This document shows, one piece after another, positions 48,665 to 57,577 of a stretch of 64,000 nt of DNA (within the stretch, counting starts at the first letter, position 1; each line of letters starts with the position of its first letter). Source of the stretch: a virus (lineage: Duplodnaviria > Caudoviricetes); IMG/VR virus record IMGVR_UViG_3300035070_003584, positions 1-64,000 of that record, one strand, 5' to 3'. Both the position numbers and the translations under genes were made by a program. Below the pieces are notes generated by a model. That model saw only the letters and a program-made list of their open reading frames with translations, ran no database searches and was not told the DNA's origin.

Positions 48665-48726
48665 TGATTCGGTGAAACTGGATGGATGTAGGCTGGACGT
48701 GGGGGCAGTACCCACCGCCTCCACCA
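48665..48726 (+). ncRNA. ssrA: Two-piece (permuted) tmRNA, acceptor piece
   Basis: T-arm GTGGG-GGCAGTA-CCCAC with alphaproteobacterial T-loop; acceptor strand CGCCTCC-A-CCA; 5' end approximate. Confidence 0.92.
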
Positions 48727-48746
48727 TAAACACACTAGAGGTAAAT

Positions 48747-48872
48747 ATGTTAGAAGCATTTGCAAATTGGGTATCAAAGTTTATTAAAGTTAAACCACAA
48801 CCAGGATATCTTGGTAGGGATATGGCAAAACACAGAGTCCATAGTGTAAAATATGAAGACCTTTGCAAGTGA
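48747..48872 (+). CDS. Small protein (41 aa) inside the tmRNA intervening segment
   Basis: GAGGT RBS and ATG; GTGA overlap with the next ORF. Confidence 0.65.
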   Translation: MLEAFANWVSKFIKVKPQPGYLGRDMAKHRVHSVKYEDLCK

Positions 48873-49102
48873 AAATAACACCAGAGAATACACCAAACAA
48901 ATATGTAAGGTGGTTTTGTTGGTTCATACAATTTAAATACGTATGGGACATTCAAACCTTATTTGAAAAATATCTTCCTATGGAGAAAGTGTATAGATTC
49001 CTAGGGTTTTATTTATTTTGGTTTATTTGGTTTTGTACACTATTACTTGTCTTATACAAGATTACTGGTAGTATGGAATTTCTTCTCTGGTTTGATGAAT
49101 AG
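48869..49102 (+). CDS. Small membrane protein (77 aa) inside the tmRNA intervening segment
   Basis: GTG start coupled to the previous stop; aromatic-rich TM segment. Confidence 0.6.
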   Translation: MKITPENTPNKYVRWFCWFIQFKYVWDIQTLFEKYLPMEKVYRFLGFYLFWFIWFCTLLLVLYKITGSMEFLLWFDE

Positions 49103-49114
49103 TGTGCTTATGAT

Positions 49115-49256
49115 GGGGGCGAAATAGGATCGACAGATGCAAGAAGGCAGTGGAGAATCACAAACGTAAATGCAAACGATAACTTTGCTCCTGAGATGCG
49201 CCTAGCGGCATAATCTCTGGGCTGGCAACTTGCCTTGAAACAGAAAAGTTGCAACT
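49115..49256 (+). ncRNA. ssrA: Two-piece (permuted) tmRNA, coding piece; tag ANDNFAPEMRLAA
   Basis: GGGGGCGAAATAGGATCGAC 5' end giving G3:U70; tag frame 49172-49213; terminal pseudoknot with AACAGAA; 3' end approximate. Confidence 0.93.
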
Positions 49257-49273
49257 TACCCAAGGAGGGTGCT

Positions 49274-49612
49274 ATGAAATACTACCTAATAATGTTCCTT
49301 ATGCTATTTGCAACATCTGCATTTGCTGAAGTAGAAACTCGTTCAAAACCAGTTCAATGTGGAGGTATAGAAGGTCTTCTTACTATCATTGATCAAGCAG
49401 AAGAAAAGGCTTTACTTGGCGCTTTAGGTGAAGTCACAATGCCTGATATGACTAAACAAATCTTGCCAATCTATGTGTTTGCAAATACAGATACAGGCAC
49501 ATTTACTATCTTTGAAATGCATCCCGACAGTAATGAAGTTTGCTTAATTGGTTATGGTACTAGTATTGATTTTAATGTACAGGGATATTTTGAACCTAAA
49601 ACAAATAGTTAA
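49274..49612 (+). CDS. Secreted/periplasmic hypothetical protein
   Basis: Signal peptide MKYYLIMFLMLFATSAFA; GGAGG RBS. Confidence 0.7.
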   Translation: MKYYLIMFLMLFATSAFAEVETRSKPVQCGGIEGLLTIIDQAEEKALLGALGEVTMPDMTKQILPIYVFANTDTGTFTIFEMHPDSNEVCLIGYGTSIDFNVQGYFEPKTNS

Positions 49613-51096
49613 TGAATCACTGCTTAATTATGAACATCGAGGAACGAAGTCACACACGTTCTTTAGGCCCATATAGAATAGCTCATTGGCTAAGGGATAA
49701 TGGGTGGGATACTGAGGTAATAGACTATTGCGCTCATTGGTCACATGACGAGTTAATGGAGTTATGTTTATCTCGAATTAATGATAATACGCGATTCATA
49801 GGATTTTCATCCTTATTTACTGGATGGACAAATCATATGGAAATATTTTCACTTTTTCTTAAGAAACATTATCCAAATATAGTACAAATTTCCGGTTCAT
49901 CTAGTCTTCCAAATGCGGATATGTCAGCAGTTGATTATCACATATATGGGTTTGGTGAAAAGGCTTTAGATGTTTTACTTAAATATCTATTCTCAAATGG
50001 TGAGGCACCCCGAGCGACAAATTATTTTAATACACAATTAATTGATGCATCTCATTATCCAGCATATCCACTTAAGGAATATACTGTTCTCTATGAAGAA
50101 AGAGATTATCTTCAACCATGGGAATTTCTTTCAATTGAAACCGGCAGAGGCTGTAAATTTAAATGTAGTTTCTGTAACTTTTCAGTACTTGGTGTAAAGG
50201 GAGATTATAGCACTTCACAAGATAGTTTTGAAAAACAATTAAATGAAAACTATGATAGATGGGGTATTAAAAACTATGTGATTGCCGAAGAGACATTCAA
50301 TGACCGTACAGAAAAAGTTGAAAAATTTAGCCAAGTAGTACAAAGATTGAATTTTGAACCATGGTTTGCTGCATATATTAGAGCTGATTTACTTATATCT
50401 AGAAAGCATGAAGTAGAACATTTGGCTAATATGAATGTATTCGGCCAATTTTATGGAGTTGAATCTTTTAACCAAAAAACCTCTAAAGCCATTAAAAAAG
50501 GCATGGACCGAGGTAAAATGAAAGAAGGTCTTCTTAAAGTAAAAGAATATTTTGAGAAAAACAATAATAGATATCGAGGCAATATATCTCTTATTGTAGG
50601 CGCGCCATATGAAACAAAGGAATCTTTATATAGTTCTCTCGATTGGCTAGTTGATAACTGGAAGACCCAAAGCTTTACTGCATATCCTCTTGGAATCCCA
50701 ATTTATGGAAGACAATCTATATTAAGTGGTTCTTATGGTGAAAACGAATATGAAGAAATATCAGCAGAAGAATTGTATCAAAAGCATGATAAAACATATG
50801 TCGATAAAGTATTAAAAAAGAATAACATTATAAAAGACAATAAAATACTTGAAAAAAAATGGCTAATGTGGAAAAATAAACAAATGGATGTTGTTGAAGC
50901 ATTTAAAATACATGATCATATGTGTGATGTAATGCGAAAAGAGAAATTTAAAAAATCCACATTTGCTGTAGCAGAATTTAGTGGTAAAGAATCTACTATT
51001 GATGATAAATTAAAATTGGATGTAAATGCTGTAAAAACATTTAGAGATGAAGAATTGCAATGGGTTGAGGAATATAAAAAAAAGAAATTATCATGA
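49612..51096 (+). CDS. B12-binding-domain radical SAM enzyme
   Basis: N-terminal G.YRIA..LR..G..VID and GFGE; ETGRGCKFKCSFC (CxxxCxxC); GVES. Confidence 0.88.
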   Translation: MNHCLIMNIEERSHTRSLGPYRIAHWLRDNGWDTEVIDYCAHWSHDELMELCLSRINDNTRFIGFSSLFTGWTNHMEIFSLFLKKHYPNIVQISGSSSLPNADMSAVDYHIYGFGEKALDVLLKYLFSNGEAPRATNYFNTQLIDASHYPAYPLKEYTVLYEERDYLQPWEFLSIETGRGCKFKCSFCNFSVLGVKGDYSTSQDSFEKQLNENYDRWGIKNYVIAEETFNDRTEKVEKFSQVVQRLNFEPWFAAYIRADLLISRKHEVEHLANMNVFGQFYGVESFNQKTSKAIKKGMDRGKMKEGLLKVKEYFEKNNNRYRGNISLIVGAPYETKESLYSSLDWLVDNWKTQSFTAYPLGIPIYGRQSILSGSYGENEYEEISAEELYQKHDKTYVDKVLKKNNIIKDNKILEKKWLMWKNKQMDVVEAFKIHDHMCDVMRKEKFKKSTFAVAEFSGKESTIDDKLKLDVNAVKTFRDEELQWVEEYKKKKLS

Positions 51097-51665
51097 TACA
51101 TTATTTACCTATTAACATACCTAGATTACCACCAATTAAATATGATGGAATGAGAACTAGTCATTATGCATGGTGGAGCATGATTAAGATAACAGAAGAG
51201 ACTGAAAATCGTTATGATGATTCTGTTATTAAGCCTGAATTTCTAGAAATGAATCCACATTTTAAACAGTGGTTAAAACATCTTCCTATAAAAAGATTAA
51301 TCAATATCAAATTGCATATGCAAGATAGAAAAGCAGATCCGCATATTGATTTCAATAAACCAAATGAAAATTTGGATTTATATAGAGTAACTCGAGCAAA
51401 TGAACCTTGTGGTTATAGAGTTGTTATAAATGGTTCTAATAAAAATTGTATGTATGTTATAGATAATAATGGTAATAAAATTTATACAGAATTGCCGACT
51501 GAAACAAATACGTATGCAATAAATCATACTCAATGTATACATGGTACAACGGATGATATTGATAGATGTATTATGTTCTTTCAGTTTGAGGTAGATTCTC
51601 AAAAACATACTCAATTAATTAATCAAAGTGCATTGGTATTTAAGAATTATGTTATTTCTATATAG
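51093..51665 (+). CDS. Fe(II)/2OG dioxygenase-like protein
   Basis: PHID...HG...R pattern (HxD..H). Confidence 0.55.
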   Translation: MIHYLPINIPRLPPIKYDGMRTSHYAWWSMIKITEETENRYDDSVIKPEFLEMNPHFKQWLKHLPIKRLINIKLHMQDRKADPHIDFNKPNENLDLYRVTRANEPCGYRVVINGSNKNCMYVIDNNGNKIYTELPTETNTYAINHTQCIHGTTDDIDRCIMFFQFEVDSQKHTQLINQSALVFKNYVISI

Positions 51666-52236
51666 TTATATTTTATATTATATCTTAGCTTCAATTGGTA
51701 TTACTTTTGGATATCATAGATATTTTTCTCATAAAGAATTTAATGCCCCAAAATGGCTAGAATTTATTTTTTTATATTGTGGTTTATTATGCGGTGGTAG
51801 ATCTGCATTAACATGGTCAGCCGTACATAGAATGCATCACGCTTATTCAGATACACCAAATGATCCACACTCACCAAAATATAAACGATGGTATGAAATA
51901 CTTCTTTCACTTTGGAAGGTAAAAAAAATACCGAGAAGGTTTTGTAAAGACTTACTTAATAACAAATTAGTAATGCATTTTCATAATGATGGCTGGAAAT
52001 ATATGTTCCTTACATATTTTTTTGCTCTTATGATAGGATGGCAATATCTAGTAATGTTTATTTTCGTCTTTATTTTATCATATATTTCGTTTGGTCTTTT
52101 AAATTATCTAGGACATAATAATAACGGGCCTATAAATAATATTATAATCAATATATTTGCACCATTTGAAGGAAATCATAAAGATCATCATGAAAAATCT
52201 AAGAAGAAGATATCTGCCAAACTTCGCAACTCTTAA
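51649..52236 (+). CDS. Membrane fatty acid desaturase-like protein
   Basis: His boxes HRYFSH, HRMHH, HKDHH; DPHSP; TM segments. Confidence 0.88.
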   Translation: MLFLYSYILYYILASIGITFGYHRYFSHKEFNAPKWLEFIFLYCGLLCGGRSALTWSAVHRMHHAYSDTPNDPHSPKYKRWYEILLSLWKVKKIPRRFCKDLLNNKLVMHFHNDGWKYMFLTYFFALMIGWQYLVMFIFVFILSYISFGLLNYLGHNNNGPINNIIINIFAPFEGNHKDHHEKSKKKISAKLRNS

Positions 52237-52933
52237 TAGCGAATATAATTTTGACGTAGAAAAATTAAAAGAATCTTATTTTTATAGTATTAATAAAAAC
52301 AAAGATGAAGGTATGAACCATCATTTTACTATTAATGATGTTGAAAATAAGGATAAGAAAAAATTTTATAACACAGACGAATCTGGTTATGAACAAGTAA
52401 ATCTTACTTCTTATAATGAAGTTGATACATCGGATGGATATGAAAAATCACAGTGGCAGTGGTGGAATTCTAGAAAAGATTTAACACTAGCAGAACGCAA
52501 ATCATTCTATCGAAGAGCATTACAAAATAAATTAGATGGTTTGGAATCAACTCTAGAAACATCTTATGCAAAGATGAATGCATTATCTGATGGTTATATG
52601 AAAGATATTCTTCAACAATTTAAAGGTAAGGTAACTCGAGTAAGATGGGCAGTTGCAAATCCCGGCATGGAAATGCAACCACATTTGGATTATGATACAA
52701 CATATGCTGTAAGATTCCATTATCCCATTATTACAAACCCGGATGCAATTATCTGCGTTGATCGTCATAATGAGGGTGTTCAAAAAATTCACATGCCGGC
52801 AGACGGTAGGGTATTTTTTATCAATCAGGGGTTTAAGCACTGGATTGAAAATAATGGAGATACACCTAGAGTTCATTTAATTGTAACTGTCGTTGGTCAA
52901 GAAGATATGGTAGAATGCTCTCCTATTCTTTAA
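52190..52933 (+). CDS. Asp/Asn beta-hydroxylase-like Fe(II)/2OG dioxygenase
   Basis: PHLD, RFHYPIITN, H..EN.....RVHLI. Confidence 0.78.
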   Translation: MKNLRRRYLPNFATLNSEYNFDVEKLKESYFYSINKNKDEGMNHHFTINDVENKDKKKFYNTDESGYEQVNLTSYNEVDTSDGYEKSQWQWWNSRKDLTLAERKSFYRRALQNKLDGLESTLETSYAKMNALSDGYMKDILQQFKGKVTRVRWAVANPGMEMQPHLDYDTTYAVRFHYPIITNPDAIICVDRHNEGVQKIHMPADGRVFFINQGFKHWIENNGDTPRVHLIVTVVGQEDMVECSPIL

Positions 52934-53673
52934 AATTAAAACTAATTTGGCTAATAGCAATGTGTATAAGTGCATATTGGTTGATGACTACTACAATGCC
53001 ATGGTGGTTGATATTATTGGTGTTTTATGCCTCTGTTTTTATTGCAAGAGTTGGTGGTGAAATAAGCTATCATAGATATTTTACCCATAGAGCATTTAAA
53101 ACTAGTAAAATTATGCATAATATATTATTATGGTGGGGATCTTTATTAGGTGTTGGAAGTTGTATATCATGGTCTTGTATGCATAGAGCACATCATGCAA
53201 CTGCAGATACTGATGATGATCCACACAGTCCACATAAAATTGGCATTTTAAAAACTTTCTTATTATCACCGGATACCTCAAAGCTTACATTTAAGAATGT
53301 TGGAGATTTATTCAAAGATCCAATGCAAAAGTTTATTCATAAAAATTATTTTAAAATCATATTTATCTGGATCGTTTCACTTGGTATAATAACACAATGG
53401 TCAATGTTACCTTTGGTTTTATTTTTTGCACTACCAGTTTCTTTTTTATGGATTATGTCTGGCATTACAAACTGTTTTGGGCATATGCTGGGTTATAGAA
53501 ACTTTGAAACAAAAGATCATAGTACTAATCACCATTTAACTAGATGGTTATTATTAAATGTCGGTTTACATAATAATCATCATTATAAACCTACAGCAAT
53601 AGATCATAATCTAAATAAAAAATGGTATGAATTTGACTTAGAAAGTTATTTTATAAAAATTATAAAATCATGA
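52915..53673 (+). CDS. Membrane fatty acid desaturase-like protein
   Basis: His boxes HRYFTH, HRAHH, HNNHH; DPHSP. Confidence 0.9.
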   Translation: MLSYSLKLKLIWLIAMCISAYWLMTTTMPWWLILLVFYASVFIARVGGEISYHRYFTHRAFKTSKIMHNILLWWGSLLGVGSCISWSCMHRAHHATADTDDDPHSPHKIGILKTFLLSPDTSKLTFKNVGDLFKDPMQKFIHKNYFKIIFIWIVSLGIITQWSMLPLVLFFALPVSFLWIMSGITNCFGHMLGYRNFETKDHSTNHHLTRWLLLNVGLHNNHHYKPTAIDHNLNKKWYEFDLESYFIKIIKS

Positions 53674-54224
53674 TTACAACACATCATATATCAGATGCGC
53701 CTCTTATGGAAGTAAAAACTTGGATAAGAAATAATGCGCATGGTAAACATTCTGAAAACTATAGGAATATTGAGCTTAATAGTGATCATAAAGCCATATC
53801 AATTGAAAGGTATGATGGAAAAAATATTACCTGTGTTTCCACCATATACAATAGAGATTATTATCCAGAAAGCTGTGTAAGAATTTTTAATAAATGGCTA
53901 GCAATCCGTAAAATTGGTGGAACAAAAAAGAATATATTATCTGACAGAGCAATTCAAATGGCAACTCAGCAGATTCATTTTTCGGAAATGATGGGATATA
54001 CTTCATTCTTTATTTCATATCATAGTTACATTCCAAAATTTTGTAATGAATTGACTAAAAGGTTAAATGAAAAAACAGAATGGAATTGGAATCACGAAGA
54101 ATTAGTAAGAGTTGCTCCTGGAGATAATAAGAAATGTTATCAACATGTAATTTATGCCGGTGAAGGAATAGAAAAACTTATAAATAGAAAAATGGATATA
54201 CAAACTTGGAGATCATTGTGCTAA
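53670..54224 (+). CDS. Hypothetical protein (possible GNAT-like fold)
   Basis: Coupled within the island; fold guess is weak. Confidence 0.45.
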   Translation: MITTHHISDAPLMEVKTWIRNNAHGKHSENYRNIELNSDHKAISIERYDGKNITCVSTIYNRDYYPESCVRIFNKWLAIRKIGGTKKNILSDRAIQMATQQIHFSEMMGYTSFFISYHSYIPKFCNELTKRLNEKTEWNWNHEELVRVAPGDNKKCYQHVIYAGEGIEKLINRKMDIQTWRSLC

Positions 54225-54844
54225 AATTATTTGAAAACTTAGACTTTTCTGAGTCCATTTCAATCACAAAAGAATTACCGGCATATAAAAAGATTGCAAC
54301 AGATCTACCGGTTACAGAACTACTTGCTGAAATGAATTTCTTTTGTACAGAAGAAAACAAATATCCGGATAATTCTCCATGGTTTAGTGTATACGGGCCA
54401 GACGTAACTATGAGTCGAGCTGATTTAGCATCTATAGGTTTATTACACTATTATCAGCAATGGCAGATGACAGAAAAACAAATTGAAACTCCATGGCAAA
54501 ATTGGAGAGCAGGCATTGGTGCTTCTACAAAAACTATTTTTGAAACACAATTATCAAGTTTTCATAGACCTAGATATGTAGAAGTAGGTCCTGGTTGGGA
54601 AGTAACCAATCACAAAGATTGGACAGATAATAATAAATTAGGTCTAAGATGTCATTTGATTCTCGAGACGAATGATCAATGCATGCATTATGTTACGGAT
54701 GATGCCGGTATAGAACATGAATTACATTTTGTTCCTGGTGATGTATGGTTTTATGATATTTCTAGAATGCACAGAGCACATAATCTAGGTACCACAATTC
54801 GTAAGAGTATCAGTTTTGAATTATTTAATGATGATCTTCTTTAA
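54206..54844 (+). CDS. Asp/Asn beta-hydroxylase-like Fe(II)/2OG dioxygenase
   Basis: HKD, RCHL.LETN, HRAHN.....R. Confidence 0.72.
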   Translation: MEIIVLKLFENLDFSESISITKELPAYKKIATDLPVTELLAEMNFFCTEENKYPDNSPWFSVYGPDVTMSRADLASIGLLHYYQQWQMTEKQIETPWQNWRAGIGASTKTIFETQLSSFHRPRYVEVGPGWEVTNHKDWTDNNKLGLRCHLILETNDQCMHYVTDDAGIEHELHFVPGDVWFYDISRMHRAHNLGTTIRKSISFELFNDDLL

Positions 54845-55277
54845 CACATCCTACAATATGTATTCTTTCATCATCTGATGCATTAATTGCTGTATGGATT
54901 TTAGTAGTATCTACTAGATACCAATTGCCATCGGCTGGATATCTATAAACTTTATCATCAATAATAAACATACATTTATCATTTGTAATAAGTGGTATAT
55001 GAATTCTTTTAGTTAAATCATAATGATAACTATAACAAACTCTAGGTTTCATTCTCATTAATCTAGTTCTATACATACCAAGTTTTTTAATAATAGAATT
55101 TGTATATGGTATATCAAAAAGAGGATAGATAAATTCTTCTTCATTATGATTTAATTCTAAAACCTTACCAACACCATAAAATGGATCACCATTAGGCTCA
55201 ACACCTTGCAATGATATTTGAGTTTGTTCTGGTACTAATTCCAATTCCAGTAAAATTCTATCTACATCGATGGACAT
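54825..55277 (-). CDS. Asp/Asn beta-hydroxylase-like Fe(II)/2OG dioxygenase
   Basis: HYD, RIHIPLITN, HTAIN.....RIHIV. Confidence 0.78.
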   Translation of the reverse strand: MSIDVDRILLELELVPEQTQISLQGVEPNGDPFYGVGKVLELNHNEEEFIYPLFDIPYTNSIIKKLGMYRTRLMRMKPRVCYSYHYDLTKRIHIPLITNDKCMFIIDDKVYRYPADGNWYLVDTTKIHTAINASDDERIHIVGCVKEDHH

Positions 55278-55702
55278 ATAGTTAACTCTTTTACTCTATA
55301 AGGTTGGTAGATAACCCAATCAATCACTTCTGCCACATATTCCAAAGGTAATTTAGGCTTATCTACATGAGCAGATCTTTCTGTATCAAAGTAACCAAAA
55401 TTTAAAATGGTGGTATTTATACCCTGCCAAAATAATTGATCGTTCACCTTACGAAGAGTGTGTTTCTCAATTCCATAACGAAAATTATCTTTATAACCTT
55501 TTGTCCAGTCTGAGGCAGCACTTCCTATATTAATAATTCTTTTATTAAGCTTTGCTGCTTTGTAGAGTAATTCTACTTGCTCAAAACCATCGTGTTTACA
55601 GTTAATAAAGATGTCACTTTCCTTCAGTGAAGAGACTGTCGGGTAAGTGTCGCTCAACAATTTCCCAAGACCCCTTCTCGTACCAGTGATATAAAACTTC
55701 AT
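55262..55702 (-). CDS. Compact short-chain dehydrogenase/reductase
   Basis: ITGTRRGLG, INIGS, YxxxK. Confidence 0.75.
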   Translation of the reverse strand: MKFYITGTRRGLGKLLSDTYPTVSSLKESDIFINCKHDGFEQVELLYKAAKLNKRIINIGSAASDWTKGYKDNFRYGIEKHTLRKVNDQLFWQGINTTILNFGYFDTERSAHVDKPKLPLEYVAEVIDWVIYQPYRVKELTICPSM

Positions 55703-56240
55703 AATATGATTTAATCTCTTCTATATTGGTAAAATATTCTTCATAATTTATATATTTCGAAAATTTTATAAGTGAAGTTTTCCATTCTATATCTTCATAA
55801 TATATAGTGTCATAGTTAAAATCATCTAACCAATATTGCCAAGTCAGAAATAATTTAAGCGTATTTTTGTAGTTAATAGCTTCTTTTGGTGTTTTATCAA
55901 TCTTAAGTGGATTTTCACACCAAGTAAGTTTCCATTTATTCTCGTGCTGATATAAATGACTGAGGTATTGATTCCATAGATTTCTTCTCTTTAGAATATA
56001 GATTTCTTCAAATTTATAAAAATTTTGAAACCAATTTATATGTTTTTTAATCTGATGCACGTGTACTTTATAACAATATTCATTACCTAATTTTCTTTCA
56101 CTTTCTAGAAACTCAATAGGATTATTATTATGTAGAAATGGCTCTTCATGTGAGGTGTGCAGTAATTGAGATTCTTTTCTTAGCCATTTTATGGCACAAG
56201 TTGAACCAGATCGAGGTGTACACAATATGATTTTTTTCAT
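55614..56240 (-). CDS. Sulfotransferase-like protein (Stf0-type)
   Basis: TPRSGST 5'-PAPS loop; L.RRN...QYLS 3'-motif; YED. Confidence 0.72.
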   Translation of the reverse strand: MKKIILCTPRSGSTCAIKWLRKESQLLHTSHEEPFLHNNNPIEFLESERKLGNEYCYKVHVHQIKKHINWFQNFYKFEEIYILKRRNLWNQYLSHLYQHENKWKLTWCENPLKIDKTPKEAINYKNTLKLFLTWQYWLDDFNYDTIYYEDIEWKTSLIKFSKYINYEEYFTNIEEIKSYYEVLYHWYEKGSWEIVERHLPDSLFTEGK

Positions 56241-56272
56241 AGATGTACCATTACCTCAAACATAACTCTATT

Positions 56273-56301
56273 ATTATACCATAGTACATCGTACATGTAA
56301 A
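56273..56301 (-). promoter_or_regulatory. Sigma70-type promoter for the minus-strand sulfotransferase unit
   Basis: Reverse complement TTTACA-N17-TATAAT. Confidence 0.75.
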
Positions 56302-56316
56302 CAAAAAAAAGTTTAA

Positions 56317-56390
56317 ATAAAACGAAATTAGTTGTTTACAGCGCCGTTTTTTTGTGATATAATATATGTATAATCAAAAAGGAAGAGGAG
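56317..56390 (+). promoter_or_regulatory. Early promoter/leader cassette (copy 3)
   Basis: ATAAAACGAAATTAGTTGTTTACA-N17-TATAAT...ATAATCAAAAAGGAAGAGGAG. Confidence 0.87.
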
Positions 56391-56397
56391 TTCTATT

Positions 56398-56547
56398 ATG
56401 ATTAAATGCTTTATTATTACCGCAGTTCTTAATACTGGGGAAATTTGGGAAACAGTTCGTCATACCAAGGATGGCTTAACTGATTACATTCAAAATATCC
56501 TTTCTGATGAGGCTGTAATTAAATTTACAGTTGAGGAGCGTGTATAA
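56398..56547 (+). CDS. Early small protein (49 aa)
   Basis: Strong RBS after an early promoter. Confidence 0.6.
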   Translation: MIKCFIITAVLNTGEIWETVRHTKDGLTDYIQNILSDEAVIKFTVEERV

Positions 56548-56632
56548 TGAAAAAATTTGAATTTATTGCTGGTATATTGTTTATTGTTGTAATGTCATCA
56601 TTACCAATTCTAATGTTTATATAGGAGATTAC

Positions 56633-56809
56633 ATGATTGAATTTGAATTTCAGAACCCGGATCAAAATGATATTTGGAGAGAGATTATTGAGTTTTGTAT
56701 GTCTCAACCAGAAAACACATCACCAGCTGCCTTACAATACTTGGTAGCTAAGGAACTTGGTTATATTGCAAGTAAAACAGCTTGTGCTCTGGCAGCAATT
56801 AGATTTTAG
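56633..56809 (+). CDS. Early small protein (58 aa)
   Basis: AGGAG RBS. Confidence 0.55.
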   Translation: MIEFEFQNPDQNDIWREIIEFCMSQPENTSPAALQYLVAKELGYIASKTACALAAIRF

Positions 56810-56818
56810 GAGGTTTAT

Positions 56819-57019
56819 ATGGGAATGTCAAATTATGTTTTGGATCAAGAAGAAAAAATGTTTGATGTTATTGAACAGGCAATTATAACCTGTGATCATC
56901 TCACAGAGGTAATGCAAGAAGCTGTTAAGAATAAGTCTCTTGTACCACATTGGACTGTACAAGAAATTGAAGATGCCTGTAGTGAATATTGGGAAGAGTA
57001 TTGGGCGAGTAAAATATAA
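56819..57019 (+). CDS. Early small acidic protein
   Basis: AGGAGG RBS. Confidence 0.65.
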   Translation: MGMSNYVLDQEEKMFDVIEQAIITCDHLTEVMQEAVKNKSLVPHWTVQEIEDACSEYWEEYWASKI

Positions 57020-57034
57020 TGAAGAGAAGGAGAT

Positions 57035-57148
57035 TTCTAAACTACTTACTAGATACGTCCGTGTAGAGGCGTTGATCAGCTAAAAGCACTATCTCGAAAG
57101 AGGTGTTAGTTTATACTAGCTCGGGCGTATCTAGTAAGTGGTTTAGAA
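57035..57148 (+). ncRNA. Candidate structured ncRNA (27-bp closing stem, inner GAAA-capped stem)
   Basis: 57035-57061 pairs with 57122-57148 using two G-U wobbles; intergenic. Confidence 0.6.
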
Positions 57149-57176
57149 TTAGGTTTTTATTAAGAGGAGTTTTATA

Positions 57177-57380
57177 ATGCTGCACTTTGTTGGTTTTCGA
57201 AATGATAATGATTATCTGGCTGCTGTTAGGGTTTTTGGTAAGCCTGACTTTGTCCATGTTACTCATGATCATCGTATGTATGGTGATGTTGATAGAGATA
57301 ACGATACTGTTGTCTTTTCACATAAAGCAGATCCTGATCGTGTTTCTCAATTCACTGATCAGGATCATGAGAGGCACTAA
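57177..57380 (+). CDS. Early hypothetical protein
   Basis: AGGAG RBS; HFVGFR...A.RVFG.PDF.H..HD.R. Confidence 0.65.
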   Translation: MLHFVGFRNDNDYLAAVRVFGKPDFVHVTHDHRMYGDVDRDNDTVVFSHKADPDRVSQFTDQDHERH

Positions 57381-57577
57381 TGGCACATCAATCGGAACTT
57401 ATTAATACCAAAGGCCATCCATTTGTGGGTGTCCAATGGGAGGTCGAAGGCAGTAAGGGCAATCAATATCTGGTCGGTATGTATGATTCCGGATTTGATT
57501 GCACTTGTATCGCCTTTCGTAAATGTAAACATATTAAAGCAGTAGAGGAGAGAATCTGTGAAGAACCCAGTTGCTAA
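57380..57577 (+). CDS. SWIM zinc-finger small protein
   Basis: V.GSKG..Y.V...CTC...CKHI. Confidence 0.7.
   Translation: MAHQSELINTKGHPFVGVQWEVEGSKGNQYLVGMYDSGFDCTCIAFRKCKHIKAVEERICEEPSC

Noticed and set aside
48691-48726. Stand-alone tRNA-Ala or attP fragment
   Set aside because: No D or anticodon arm upstream; its partner strand is at 49115, so it is the tmRNA acceptor piece
48636-48746. ORF-track N-terminal extension of ORF 48636-48872
   Set aside because: Runs through the promoter and tmRNA acceptor piece; the RBS supports ATG 48747
57035-57148. SRP RNA, SAM riboswitch or retron ncRNA assignment for the long hairpin
   Set aside because: Lacks the SRP GGAA/AGCAG motif and a complete SAM-II/V consensus; no reverse transcriptase nearby
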